Shown here piece by piece: positions 26,837 to 35,969 of a DNA stretch of 64,000 nt. A program made the position numbers and the translations under genes. Source of the stretch: Candidatus Omnitrophota bacterium (lineage in GTDB: Bacteria > Omnitrophota > Gorgyraeia > Gygaellales > Profunditerraquicolaceae); contig JBAZGA010000007.1 in the NCBI GenBank assembly GCA_041653115.1, positions 1,646 to 65,645 of the forward strand, in the 5' to 3' direction. The notes beneath the pieces are model-generated. The model did no database searches and was not told the origin of the DNA. It saw only the letters and a program-made list of their open reading frames with translations. Each line of letters starts with the position of its first letter. The stretch's first letter is position 1.

Positions 26837-28039
26837 ATGAGAAGCATAAAAGAAATTAACGAAAAAATCAAGAAGGGGCAGGCAGTAGTAGTTACCGCCG
26901 AAGAAATTATTGAATTGGTAGAGAGAAAGGGCGTTCAGCAGGCAGCCAGCGAAGTAGATGTGGTGACTACCGGCACCTTTGGTCCGATGTGCTCCTCAGG
27001 CGCATATTTTAATATCGGGCATTCCAAGCCCAGGATAAAAGTCGGCGGGGGGAATTGCAAATTAAATGATGTGCCGGCATACTGCGGCTTTGCCGCCGTG
27101 GATATTTATCTGGGCGCAACTGCCATGCCTGATGATGATCCGCGCAATAAGGTTTTTCCGGGTGAGTTCAAGTATGGCGGCGGCCACGTGATTCAGGAAT
27201 TGGTTGCCGGTCGTCAGGTGCGCCTAGAGGCAACCGCTTACGGCACAGATTGCTATCCGCGCAAGAAACTGGAAACCCTGATTGGGCTCAAAGACCTCAA
27301 CGAGGCAGTCTTATTTAATATCCGTAACTGTTATCAGAATTATAATGTGGCGGTGAATTTGTCGGACAGAATCATCTATACCTATATGGGCACACTGAAA
27401 CCAAAATTAGGTAATGCCAATTATTGCTCTGCGGGCCAGCTTTCACCGCTCTTAAAGGACCCTTATTATAAGACCATCGGTATCGGCACAAAAATATTTT
27501 TAGGCGGAGGAACCGGTTATGTCGCCTGGCAGGGGACGCAGCATAATCCCGGCGTAAAGAGAAAAGAAAACGGCACGCCCATTGCACCGGCCGGGACAAT
27601 CGCGGTCATCGGCGATTTGAAACAGATGAAACCGGAATGGCTGGTAGGGACGAGTATGCTCGGCTACGGCGTAACTTTGACTATCGGCATCGGTGTTCCT
27701 ATACCGGTATTGAGCGAAGAGATTCTTAAATACGCGGCGGTTAAAGACGAAGAAATTTATACCCAGATCGTAGATTATAGCCGTGATTACCCGGAGCTGG
27801 TTTCGCGCAGCCTGGGAGAGGTCAATTATGCCCAGTTAAAATCCGGCAAGATTACGTTGCAGGGCAAGGAGGTCCCGACGGGTAATTTATCCAGCTATTC
27901 CCGGGCGCTCGATATCGCCGAGGAACTGAAATCCTGGATAAGAAAAGGCGACTTCCTGTTGAGCGAGCCGGTAGCGTCCTTACCCGGCGCAGCATCGGGA
28001 TATGCCTTTAAACCCCTGAAGGAAAGGCCGATTACTTAA
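26837..28039 (+). CDS. COG1900/DUF39 homocysteine-biosynthesis sulfur-incorporation protein (methanogen MA1821-type)
   Basis: N-terminal region VVVTAEE...DVVTTGTFGPMCSSGA recalled from MA1821-type proteins; paired with NIL-ferredoxin gene downstream. Confidence 0.55.
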   Translation: MRSIKEINEKIKKGQAVVVTAEEIIELVERKGVQQAASEVDVVTTGTFGPMCSSGAYFNIGHSKPRIKVGGGNCKLNDVPAYCGFAAVDIYLGATAMPDDDPRNKVFPGEFKYGGGHVIQELVAGRQVRLEATAYGTDCYPRKKLETLIGLKDLNEAVLFNIRNCYQNYNVAVNLSDRIIYTYMGTLKPKLGNANYCSAGQLSPLLKDPYYKTIGIGTKIFLGGGTGYVAWQGTQHNPGVKRKENGTPIAPAGTIAVIGDLKQMKPEWLVGTSMLGYGVTLTIGIGVPIPVLSEEILKYAAVKDEEIYTQIVDYSRDYPELVSRSLGEVNYAQLKSGKITLQGKEVPTGNLSSYSRALDIAEELKSWIRKGDFLLSEPVASLPGAASGYAFKPLKERPIT

Positions 28040-28060
28040 GATTAGTTAAAAGGAGCGGAA

Positions 28061-28468
28061 ATGGTTTCCAAAAGAATTGTTTTACATTTTCCCCATCGTC
28101 TGGTTAATCAACCCATCGTTTATAAATTAGTCAAAGACTATGACCTGCAGTTCAATATTTTAAAGGCCTATGTTACTCCGCAGGAAGAGGGATTGATGAT
28201 CTTAGAATTAAGCGGAGAGAAAAAAAATTTTGATAAAGGCATTGAATATCTGCAGTCCTGCGGGGTAAAGATTCAGCCCTTAAGCCAGGATGTCATCCGC
28301 AATGAAGCCAAGTGTACCGACTGCGGGGTATGCGTCCCGATCTGCCCTACCGGCGCTTTGGTGGTTGACCCGATTACCCGCAAGGTTCATTTTTACGATA
28401 ATAAATGTATTGCCTGTGAGCTCTGTGTCAAGGTCTGCCCTACCCGCGCCATGGAAGTCCGCTTTTAA
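28061..28468 (+). CDS. NIL-domain protein fused to 2x[4Fe-4S] ferredoxin (MA1822-type)
   Basis: CTDCGVCVPICP and CIACELCVKVCP clusters after NIL-like N-domain. Confidence 0.7.
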   Translation: MVSKRIVLHFPHRLVNQPIVYKLVKDYDLQFNILKAYVTPQEEGLMILELSGEKKNFDKGIEYLQSCGVKIQPLSQDVIRNEAKCTDCGVCVPICPTGALVVDPITRKVHFYDNKCIACELCVKVCPTRAMEVRF

Positions 28469-28471
28469 ATC

Positions 28472-29263
28472 ATGAACAAGATAGAAAAATTAAGAAAAAT
28501 CCTGAAAGGAATGGGTTCGCTCTTGATTGCCTATTCCGGAGGCGCAGACAGCACTCTTTTGCTGGTGGTCGCCAGAGATGTTTTACAGGACAGGGTTTTG
28601 GCGGTGACTGCGGATTCACCTGCTTACCCGCCAGAGGAAATGGCTTTCGCCAAAAAAACGGCCAAGGCTCTCGGCGCAAGGCACCTAATCATTAAGACGC
28701 GCGAGCTAAAAGATAAGAATTTCGTGAATAACCCGCCTCAGCGCTGCTATTTTTGCAAAAAAGGGCTTTTCCGCCGGCTGCAAGAGATTGCCTTGAAATC
28801 TAAATTGAATTTTGTCGCGGATGCCAGCAATATCTCCGACCGGCAGGATCATCGGCCGGGCAATCAGGCCAAAAGAGAATTTAAAGTGCGCTCCCCTTTT
28901 CAGGAAGCCGGGTTCACTAAACAAGATATCCGTAAATTAAGCAAGAAATTAGGCCTGGGCACTTGGAATAAGCCGGCACTGGCGTGTCTGGCCTCCCGGA
29001 TTCCTTACGGCACAAGGATTACCCCGGCATTATTAAAACGCATCAATAGCGCGGAGAGAGGCTTGAAAGAACTGGGCTTTAAACAAGTGAGGTTGAGGCA
29101 CTATAACGGCCTTTGCCGGATAGAAGTATCTAAAAATGATATCCCGGCGTTAATCGGGAAACGTGCTGCGGTGGTAAGAAATTTAAAGAAATTAGGCTAT
29201 AATTATATTACCTTAGACTTGGAAGGCTACCGCAGCGGCAGTTTAAATAGAGCGATTAAATAA
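28472..29263 (+). CDS. larE: LarE-family PP-loop ATP-dependent sulfur transferase (orphan, no larABC nearby)
   Basis: IAYSGGADST PP-loop, conserved Cys in ALACLASRIPYG, C-terminal YITLDLEGYRSGSLN matching LarE terminus. Confidence 0.7.
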   Translation: MNKIEKLRKILKGMGSLLIAYSGGADSTLLLVVARDVLQDRVLAVTADSPAYPPEEMAFAKKTAKALGARHLIIKTRELKDKNFVNNPPQRCYFCKKGLFRRLQEIALKSKLNFVADASNISDRQDHRPGNQAKREFKVRSPFQEAGFTKQDIRKLSKKLGLGTWNKPALACLASRIPYGTRITPALLKRINSAERGLKELGFKQVRLRHYNGLCRIEVSKNDIPALIGKRAAVVRNLKKLGYNYITLDLEGYRSGSLNRAIK

Positions 29264-30429
29264 TGAAAAGAGTATATTTGGATTACGCGGCAACTACGCC
29301 TACCGACCCGGAAGTAACCAGGGCGATGGAGCCGTATTTCTTTGAAAAGTTCGGCAACCCTTCCAGTATTCATTCTTTTGGCCAGGAAGCAAAGAAGGCA
29401 ATCGAAGACAGCCGCGAGAGGCTCGCCGCATTTTTAGGGGCCAGGCCCGAGGAGATTGTCTTTACCTCAGGCGGCACAGAATCCGATAATTTTGCCGTGA
29501 TCGGCGTAGCCCAGGCCTTAGAGAAAAAGGGCAACCAGATTATTACCACCAAGATTGAGCATCACGCAGTCAGCGAGCCCTGTAAGTTTTTAGAAAAAAG
29601 AGGCTTTCAGGTTACTTTTATCGCCGTGGATAAGCACGGATTAGTTGACCCCGGCGAGGTGAAAAAAGCCATTAGCGATAAAACCATCCTGATTTCGGTA
29701 ATGCACGCCAATAATGAAATCGGCACGCTCCAGCCGATTGCCGAGGTCGGGAAAATCGCCAGGGAAAAAGAAATTTATTTCCATACCGATGCCGTGCAGA
29801 CGGTAGGCCATATCCCCGTCGATGTAAACAAATTGAATGTCGACCTCCTCTCGCTATCCGCGCATAAATTCTATGGGCCAAAGGGCGTCGGCGCCTTATA
29901 TATCAGAAAAGGCACGCGCATCGAAAGATTTTTGCACGGCGGAGACCAGGAGAGAGGCAGGCGCGGCTCTACGCATAATACGTCCGGTATTGTCGGCTTA
30001 GGCAAGGCTATAGAGTTGTGTCATGAGAAGATGGCGGATGAGATGAAATCCCAGAGTGCCCTGCGCGATAAATTAATCCGAGAAATCCCCCGGAAAATTC
30101 CCGAAGTCTACCTTAATGGGCATCCCACGCAGAGGCTGCCGAATAATGTTAATTTTTCCATAAAGTATATAGAAGGCGAATCGATTCTGCTGAACTTAGA
30201 TATGTTAGGTATTGCTGCTTCTACCGGCTCTGCCTGTACTTCTACTTCCTTAGAACCGTCCCACGTATTATTAGCCATTGGCCTCTTGCCGGAAATTGCC
30301 CACGGTTCACTGCGCTTAACTCTGGGCAGATGGACGAAAAAAGAGGATATAGATTATCTCCTGGAGAACCTGCCGCGGGTCGTTTTAAAATTACGGGAGA
30401 TGTCCCCGCTTTACGAGAAAAAATCATGA
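29263..30429 (+). CDS. iscS: cysteine desulfurase IscS/NifS
   Basis: SAHKFYGPKG PLP lysine, SGSACTS active Cys. Confidence 0.85.
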   Translation: MKRVYLDYAATTPTDPEVTRAMEPYFFEKFGNPSSIHSFGQEAKKAIEDSRERLAAFLGARPEEIVFTSGGTESDNFAVIGVAQALEKKGNQIITTKIEHHAVSEPCKFLEKRGFQVTFIAVDKHGLVDPGEVKKAISDKTILISVMHANNEIGTLQPIAEVGKIAREKEIYFHTDAVQTVGHIPVDVNKLNVDLLSLSAHKFYGPKGVGALYIRKGTRIERFLHGGDQERGRRGSTHNTSGIVGLGKAIELCHEKMADEMKSQSALRDKLIREIPRKIPEVYLNGHPTQRLPNNVNFSIKYIEGESILLNLDMLGIAASTGSACTSTSLEPSHVLLAIGLLPEIAHGSLRLTLGRWTKKEDIDYLLENLPRVVLKLREMSPLYEKKS

Positions 30430-31385
30430 TTCAGGACAAGATCCTTGATTTTTTAAAAAAGAAACCGGATTATATCTCCGGCGAAGAGATCAGCGAGCAT
30501 TTGAAGATCAGCCGGCAGGCATTATGGAAACATATCCAAGAATTAAGGGATTCCGGTTATGATGTCGTGGCGGTGCCGCATTTAGGCTACCGCTTGATTT
30601 CTTCTCCCGACAGGCTCCTGCCTGCGGAAGTCAGCCACGGCTTAAAGACAAAATTTACAGGAAAAAAGATTTATTATTTTGATGCGGTTTCTTCTACCAT
30701 GGATATTGCTTTAGGATTGGGGATGGAGGGCGCAGCAGAAGGAACGCTGGTCTTAAGCGAAAACCAGTCTAAAGGCAGAGGGAGACTGGGGAGGAGCTGG
30801 CTTTCTCCTAAATATAAAGGCATCTATTTATCTTTAATTTTAAGGCCGAAGATATTGCCCAACCAATCGCCCTTATTGACGATGCTTTCTGCCGTCAGTA
30901 TTTGCGAGGCAATAAAAGAAATAACGGGGCTGGACGCTCAGATAAAATGGCCGAATGATATATTAATCCATCATAAGAAAATAGCCGGGATATTGACTGA
31001 ATTAAACGCCGAGATGGATGAGATTCGCTTTATGGTTATCGGGATGGGCATCAATGTAAATAACGATAGGAATTCGCTGCCGGTTGGCGCCACCTCCCTG
31101 AAAGAACAGAAAAAAGAGAATGTCAACCGCGTAGATTTGTTAAAAGAATTATTGTGCACGGTAGAAAAAAACTATTTAGCACTCCAGGAAAAAGGGAGCC
31201 GCTTGATTATCGAAAAATGGCGCGAGTATAATATTACCTTGGGCAGAAGGGTAAAGGTAATATCCCACCGGGAGCAGGTAGAAGGCGAGGCCTTGGATAT
31301 CGATGGTGACGGCGGGCTTTTAATCAGAAAGGATTCCGGCCTTACCCGGAAAGTAAACGCCGGGGACGTCATCCACTGCCGGTAA
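30426..31385 (+). CDS. birA: bifunctional biotin-protein ligase / biotin operon repressor BirA
   Basis: N-terminal HTH, GRGRLGRSW biotin-binding loop; ATGA overlap with iscS. Confidence 0.8.
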   Translation: MIQDKILDFLKKKPDYISGEEISEHLKISRQALWKHIQELRDSGYDVVAVPHLGYRLISSPDRLLPAEVSHGLKTKFTGKKIYYFDAVSSTMDIALGLGMEGAAEGTLVLSENQSKGRGRLGRSWLSPKYKGIYLSLILRPKILPNQSPLLTMLSAVSICEAIKEITGLDAQIKWPNDILIHHKKIAGILTELNAEMDEIRFMVIGMGINVNNDRNSLPVGATSLKEQKKENVNRVDLLKELLCTVEKNYLALQEKGSRLIIEKWREYNITLGRRVKVISHREQVEGEALDIDGDGGLLIRKDSGLTRKVNAGDVIHCR

Positions 31386-31444
31386 TGTCAACCAGAAATA
31401 ATTTTTAAGTTTACATTTATAAGCCGAGGGTTTATAATAACCGT

Positions 31445-33238
31445 ATGCAGAAAGAGAAGGCATGCGGTTTATTTTTTATAATTATTATTTTATCCGCTGG
31501 GCAAGCCCTCTTTGCCGGGGAAGAGCTATCCCTGGATTTAGAGCCCATCGTGATTACCAAAAGCGATATCTATCTTACACGAGCCTATATTTTAAAATCC
31601 GATACCCTGCTTCCTTTCGCGTCCTGGAGCGAGTCATTAACTGCTGCTCCTTTGGATTTACAGAGCCGGACCCTCAAGGCAGATATCCAGACAGATTTTT
31701 CTTTACGCGGCTCAAGCTACCAGGGCGTTTCGCTCCTGATTGACGGCCAGCGCGTCAATGACCCAAAACTTGGGCATTACAATTGCGACCTTGCCATAAC
31801 CAGAGAGGACATTGAGAGGATAGAGGTAATTCCCGGAGCAGGCTCTTCGATATTCGGTCCCGATGCCATAGGCGGGGCAGTAAATATCATCCTCAAGAAG
31901 CCGCGAGAAAAAAAGAGAATCCTGGAGTCCAGTTTCGGCTCATACCAGACAAAGTCAGGTATCTTCAGCATTACGGAAAGAAAAGATAATTTAGGGGTGA
32001 GACTTTCTCTGGAAAGGCAGGAATCCGGAGGATTTTATTACGATACGGATTTCAAACGCCTCGCCGCTACTCTTAATTCATCTCTAGATATACCGATAGG
32101 AGAGTTTAATCTGGGACTGGGTTATCTGGAAAAAGAATTCGGCGCTTATGATTTTTATACTCCGGGCAGGGGCTATGCCTCAAAAGAATGGATTAAAAGC
32201 TATCTTCTAAATACAGGCTTTAATTTGAAGAGAGACGGCCTGATTATAAAACCAAATTTTTTATGGCGCAGGCACGAGGATAAATTTATGTTAGATAAAG
32301 ACAGGCCTGCTCTTTCCCTTAACCACCACCATAGCGATGTATATACCCCGAATATTTATCTTCAGAAGGAAACTGAAGCCCTGGGCAGGATTGGCTTGGG
32401 GCTAGAATACGGCGAAGAACAAATCAGTTCTACGGTTTTAGGCAAACATCAGCGCAGCCATAATAGTATATTTATAGATGACAACAAAGAGCTGAATCCC
32501 AAGTTATCTTTGGGCTCCTCTGCCCGTAGCGACGATTATGCCGGCTTTGACCGGGCTTATACCGGTTCGTTAAACTTAAGATATAAAATTTCTGGCGGGT
32601 ATTCACTGCATCTTGGCGTATCCCGGAGTATCCGTATCCCGACTTTTCATGAACTCTATTATGAAGATGTTACCACCACCGGAGATGCCGGTTTATCTTG
32701 CGAGAAATCATTAAATTATGAATCAGGGCTAGATTATAAGCAGGAAAATTTTTTAGCCGGGACAACATTCTTTTTGAGGCAGGAAAAAGGTTTTATCGAT
32801 TGGGTAAAACGCGCCCCTGCGCAATCCAAATGGAAAACGGAAAATATCACTGAGGCGGAAGTATACGGCATAGAAAATTATTTAAGATCAAAGATAAATC
32901 AAAAACTTAATTTAAATTCCAATTATACCTATATCGATAAACGCATAAATGACCGGGGCTATCTTTATAAATACGGCCCAAATTATATTAAACACCTTTT
33001 CAATACAATGCTGAGTTTTAACCTTCCCTTTGGCGAGCAGGCCGTAGGATTGACTTATAAGAAAAAGCCTGGCCGGCGTGGCTGGCTCCTTTTGCACACG
33101 GCCTTTTCTTATAACTTAAATAAGACCTCACAGGTTTTCTTAAAAATTACTAACCTCTTGAATGTTGAATACCAGGAGATCGAAGGTATCCCCCAGCCAG
33201 GAAGATGGCTTGAGGCCGGCCTCCGCTTCGAATGGTAA
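31445..33238 (+). CDS. TonB-dependent-receptor-like outer membrane protein (plug + small barrel, C-terminal Trp)
   Basis: signal peptide, plug-like LIDGQRVND, AIGGAVNIIL, terminal FEW. Confidence 0.5.
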   Translation: MQKEKACGLFFIIIILSAGQALFAGEELSLDLEPIVITKSDIYLTRAYILKSDTLLPFASWSESLTAAPLDLQSRTLKADIQTDFSLRGSSYQGVSLLIDGQRVNDPKLGHYNCDLAITREDIERIEVIPGAGSSIFGPDAIGGAVNIILKKPREKKRILESSFGSYQTKSGIFSITERKDNLGVRLSLERQESGGFYYDTDFKRLAATLNSSLDIPIGEFNLGLGYLEKEFGAYDFYTPGRGYASKEWIKSYLLNTGFNLKRDGLIIKPNFLWRRHEDKFMLDKDRPALSLNHHHSDVYTPNIYLQKETEALGRIGLGLEYGEEQISSTVLGKHQRSHNSIFIDDNKELNPKLSLGSSARSDDYAGFDRAYTGSLNLRYKISGGYSLHLGVSRSIRIPTFHELYYEDVTTTGDAGLSCEKSLNYESGLDYKQENFLAGTTFFLRQEKGFIDWVKRAPAQSKWKTENITEAEVYGIENYLRSKINQKLNLNSNYTYIDKRINDRGYLYKYGPNYIKHLFNTMLSFNLPFGEQAVGLTYKKKPGRRGWLLLHTAFSYNLNKTSQVFLKITNLLNVEYQEIEGIPQPGRWLEAGLRFEW

Positions 33239-33356
33239 ACCGTTTCTAAACCCAAAGGTAAAACGTTTTTAAATCCAATAGGAAAACAGTTTTAAGATTG
33301 AAATTAGAAACGTTTTGAGATTGGGATTAAAAACGGTTTGAGATTGTGATATAATA
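33236..33356. repeat. five tandem ~23-bp repeats each with palindromic core AAAC(G/A)(G/T)TTT, ending in extended -10 TGATATAAT for mnmA
   Basis: units AAACCGTTTC.., AAAACGTTTTTAAATCC.., AAAACAGTTTTAAGATTG.., GAAACGTTTTGAGATTG.., AAAACGGTTTGAGATTG.. read directly. Confidence 0.55.
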
Positions 33357-33363
33357 AACGAAT

Positions 33364-34428
33364 ATGAATAAGCGCATTGTGGTGGCGATGAGCGGCGGAG
33401 TGGACTCTTCGGTTGCTGCTGTTTTGCTGAAGAAACAAGGGTATGAAGTTATCGGTATGACTATGTGTTTTAACTTGTCCGATTCCCCGACGAAAAAACC
33501 TGTTTGTTGCGGTATCGGGGCAATAGAAGATGCGCGCCGGGTTTGCCATAAGCTGGGCATAAAACACTATGTGGTAAATATGCAAAAGGAGCTGGAGAAG
33601 CGGGTAATCCGGGATTTCCTAAGGGAGTATTCTTCAGGCAGGACTCCCAACCCCTGCGTGAGGTGCAATCAATACTTAAAATTCGATGCTTTGTTAAAAA
33701 AAGCACTTTTTTTGGATGCTCAATATTTGGCTACCGGCCATTACGCAAGGATTACAAGAGCTCAAGGTTTCCTGCTTAAGAAAGCAAAAGACAAAAAGAA
33801 GGACCAATCTTATTTTTTATACCGCTTAAACCAGGTGCAGCTTGAACATATCCTTTTCCCCTTAGGAAACTACACCAAAGAGGAGGTAAGGAAAATAGCC
33901 AAAAAATCCGGATTACCGGTGGCGGATAAATTAGCCAGCCAGGAGATTTGTTTCCTGCCAGGCGCTGATTACCGCGGATTTTTAAGGCAGCGGCTGAGGC
34001 GCGGCATAAAGCCGGGCCAGGTAACGGATAAGGAAGGTAATATTTTAGGCAGGCATAAAGGGGTTGCTTTTTATACCATTGGCCAGCGCGAAGGCTTAGG
34101 CATTGCCAGGGGCTACCCTTTGTATATCACAAAAATAGACTATCAAGGCAATAAGATAACCGTAGGCAGCAAAGAGGACGCCTTAAAAAAAGAATTTTTG
34201 CTCAAAGAGCCGCATTTTGTATTCGCCGCGCTGAAAAAGGAGGTTGCAGCCAGGGTGAAGATAAGGTATAATCACAAGGAAATGCCTGCCCGGATTATTC
34301 CTTTGAGCAGACAAATCAAGGTTTGTTTTAAAAAACCGCAATTTGCCATCACGCCCGGCCAATCTGCGGTATTCTACGATAAGGATATTGTGCTTGGCGG
34401 AGGAATTATTGACAGGGTATTAGGATGA
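33364..34428 (+). CDS. mnmA: tRNA-specific 2-thiouridylase MnmA
   Basis: VAMSGGVDSS PP-loop, conserved Cys pair. Confidence 0.85.
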   Translation: MNKRIVVAMSGGVDSSVAAVLLKKQGYEVIGMTMCFNLSDSPTKKPVCCGIGAIEDARRVCHKLGIKHYVVNMQKELEKRVIRDFLREYSSGRTPNPCVRCNQYLKFDALLKKALFLDAQYLATGHYARITRAQGFLLKKAKDKKKDQSYFLYRLNQVQLEHILFPLGNYTKEEVRKIAKKSGLPVADKLASQEICFLPGADYRGFLRQRLRRGIKPGQVTDKEGNILGRHKGVAFYTIGQREGLGIARGYPLYITKIDYQGNKITVGSKEDALKKEFLLKEPHFVFAALKKEVAARVKIRYNHKEMPARIIPLSRQIKVCFKKPQFAITPGQSAVFYDKDIVLGGGIIDRVLG

Positions 34429-35345
34429 ACAGGAAAGAATTCAGGGGTCTAGAAGATAAAATTAAGGAGCTGAAGAAAAAACGCAATGCCGTAATTCTGG
34501 TGCACAACTATCAGCTTCCCGAAGTTCAGGATGTTGCGGATTTCCGGGGGGATTCCCTGGAATTAAGCCGTAAAGCAAGCCAGACCAGCGCCAAGGTAAT
34601 CGTTTTCTGCGGCGTGCATTTTATGGCGGAGACCGCTTCTATCCTCTGCCCGGATAAGAAGGTGATTATGCCGGATATAAATGCCGGCTGCCCGATGGCG
34701 AATATGATTACTGCCGAAGATTTAAGGAGGCTAAAAAGAGAACACCCTGAGGCTATAGCGGTAGGCTATGTAAATACCCCGGCAGAAGTCAAGGCGGAGC
34801 TGGATGTTTGTTGCACCTCGACTAATGCCGTAGCAGTAGTCAATTCCCTGAAAGATGAAAAAGAGATTATTTTTGTGCCGGATAAATACCTGGCGGATTT
34901 TGTTTCCAAGCACACCGGCAAGGAGCTTATCTCCTGGAACGGTTTTTGCCCGACGCACATCAAGATCCTGCCGCAGGATATAAAGCGGGAAAAAAAATTT
35001 CATCCGCAGGCAAAGGTAATCGTGCACCCCGAATGCCTGCCGGACGTCGTGGCCCTGGCTGACGCCGCGCTTTCTACCAGCCAGATGGCTAAGTTCGCCC
35101 GGGAAACCGCCGCCAAAGAGATGATCGTCGGCACAGAAGTCGGCCTAATCTACCGCCTGAAAAAAGATAACCCTTCCAAAGAATTCTATCCCGCTTCCGA
35201 AGCAGCGGTTTGCCCGAATATGAAGCGCACTACCCAGGAGAAGATCCTTTGGGCGCTGGAGGAGCTCAAGGAAGAAGTAAGAGTCTCGGATCAGATACGG
35301 CAACGCGCAAAAAAAGCCATAGACAGGATGCTTCAGATAGTCTAA
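34425..35345 (+). CDS. nadA: quinolinate synthase NadA
   Basis: ILVHNYQ motif, 3 conserved Cys for 4Fe-4S. Confidence 0.85.
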   Translation: MNRKEFRGLEDKIKELKKKRNAVILVHNYQLPEVQDVADFRGDSLELSRKASQTSAKVIVFCGVHFMAETASILCPDKKVIMPDINAGCPMANMITAEDLRRLKREHPEAIAVGYVNTPAEVKAELDVCCTSTNAVAVVNSLKDEKEIIFVPDKYLADFVSKHTGKELISWNGFCPTHIKILPQDIKREKKFHPQAKVIVHPECLPDVVALADAALSTSQMAKFARETAAKEMIVGTEVGLIYRLKKDNPSKEFYPASEAAVCPNMKRTTQEKILWALEELKEEVRVSDQIRQRAKKAIDRMLQIV

Positions 35346-35969
35346 ATGAACATCCCGATTATTTATGAGGATGAATGGCTGTTGATAATAGATAAGCCCG
35401 CCGGGTTACTGACCATACCTACTCCCAAAAATGAGCCGCGTACACTCACCAGTATTTTAAATGATGATTTAAAAGAGAAGGGTTCCCTTTACCGCCTGCG
35501 TCCCTGCCACCGCCTGGACCGGGATACCTCCGGCTTAATCATTTATGCCAAAGGAAAAGCCGTCCAGAAGAAGATGGCGGAACTTTTCAGGCAGAGGAAA
35601 GTAAAAAAGGCCTACGCCGCCTTTGTGCAGGGTAATCTCGCGCAAAATCAGGGCGAGATAAAAAAGGCTATCGAAGGCCGGAACGCCCTGACCAAATACA
35701 GGGTAAAGGAAAGAAAAAAAAGTTTTACGCTTGTTGAGGCATACCCCTTGACCGGCCGCACCAATCAATTGAGGATTCATTTCAAGTTCATCGGCCACCC
35801 GATCTTGGGGGAAAGAAAATATGCCTTTCGCCGCGATTTTAAGCTGAAAGCCAAAAGGCTCTGCCTGCACGCTAAGGGTCTGGAGTTTATTCACCCTATA
35901 AATGGAAGATTAATTACCTTAAGTTCAGAATTACCCGCAGAGATGAAAGAGATTTTAATGCAGAAATGA
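35346..35969 (+). CDS. RluA-family pseudouridine synthase (no S4 domain)
   Basis: HRLDRDTSGL catalytic Asp motif. Confidence 0.75.
   Translation: MNIPIIYEDEWLLIIDKPAGLLTIPTPKNEPRTLTSILNDDLKEKGSLYRLRPCHRLDRDTSGLIIYAKGKAVQKKMAELFRQRKVKKAYAAFVQGNLAQNQGEIKKAIEGRNALTKYRVKERKKSFTLVEAYPLTGRTNQLRIHFKFIGHPILGERKYAFRRDFKLKAKRLCLHAKGLEFIHPINGRLITLSSELPAEMKEILMQK

Noticed and set aside
28472-29263. Interpreting larE as evidence of a lactate racemase (LarA) system linked to the ldh at 18552
   Set aside because: No larA, larB or larC-like ORF exists in the window. The ldh is a standard NAD-dependent LDH/MDH-family enzyme, not LarA. LarE is therefore treated as an orphan sulfur transferase.
31462-31743. 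93-aa + strand ORF at the 5' end of the TonB-dependent-receptor-like gene
   Set aside because: Out-of-frame overlap with the signal-peptide/plug region of the receptor gene.
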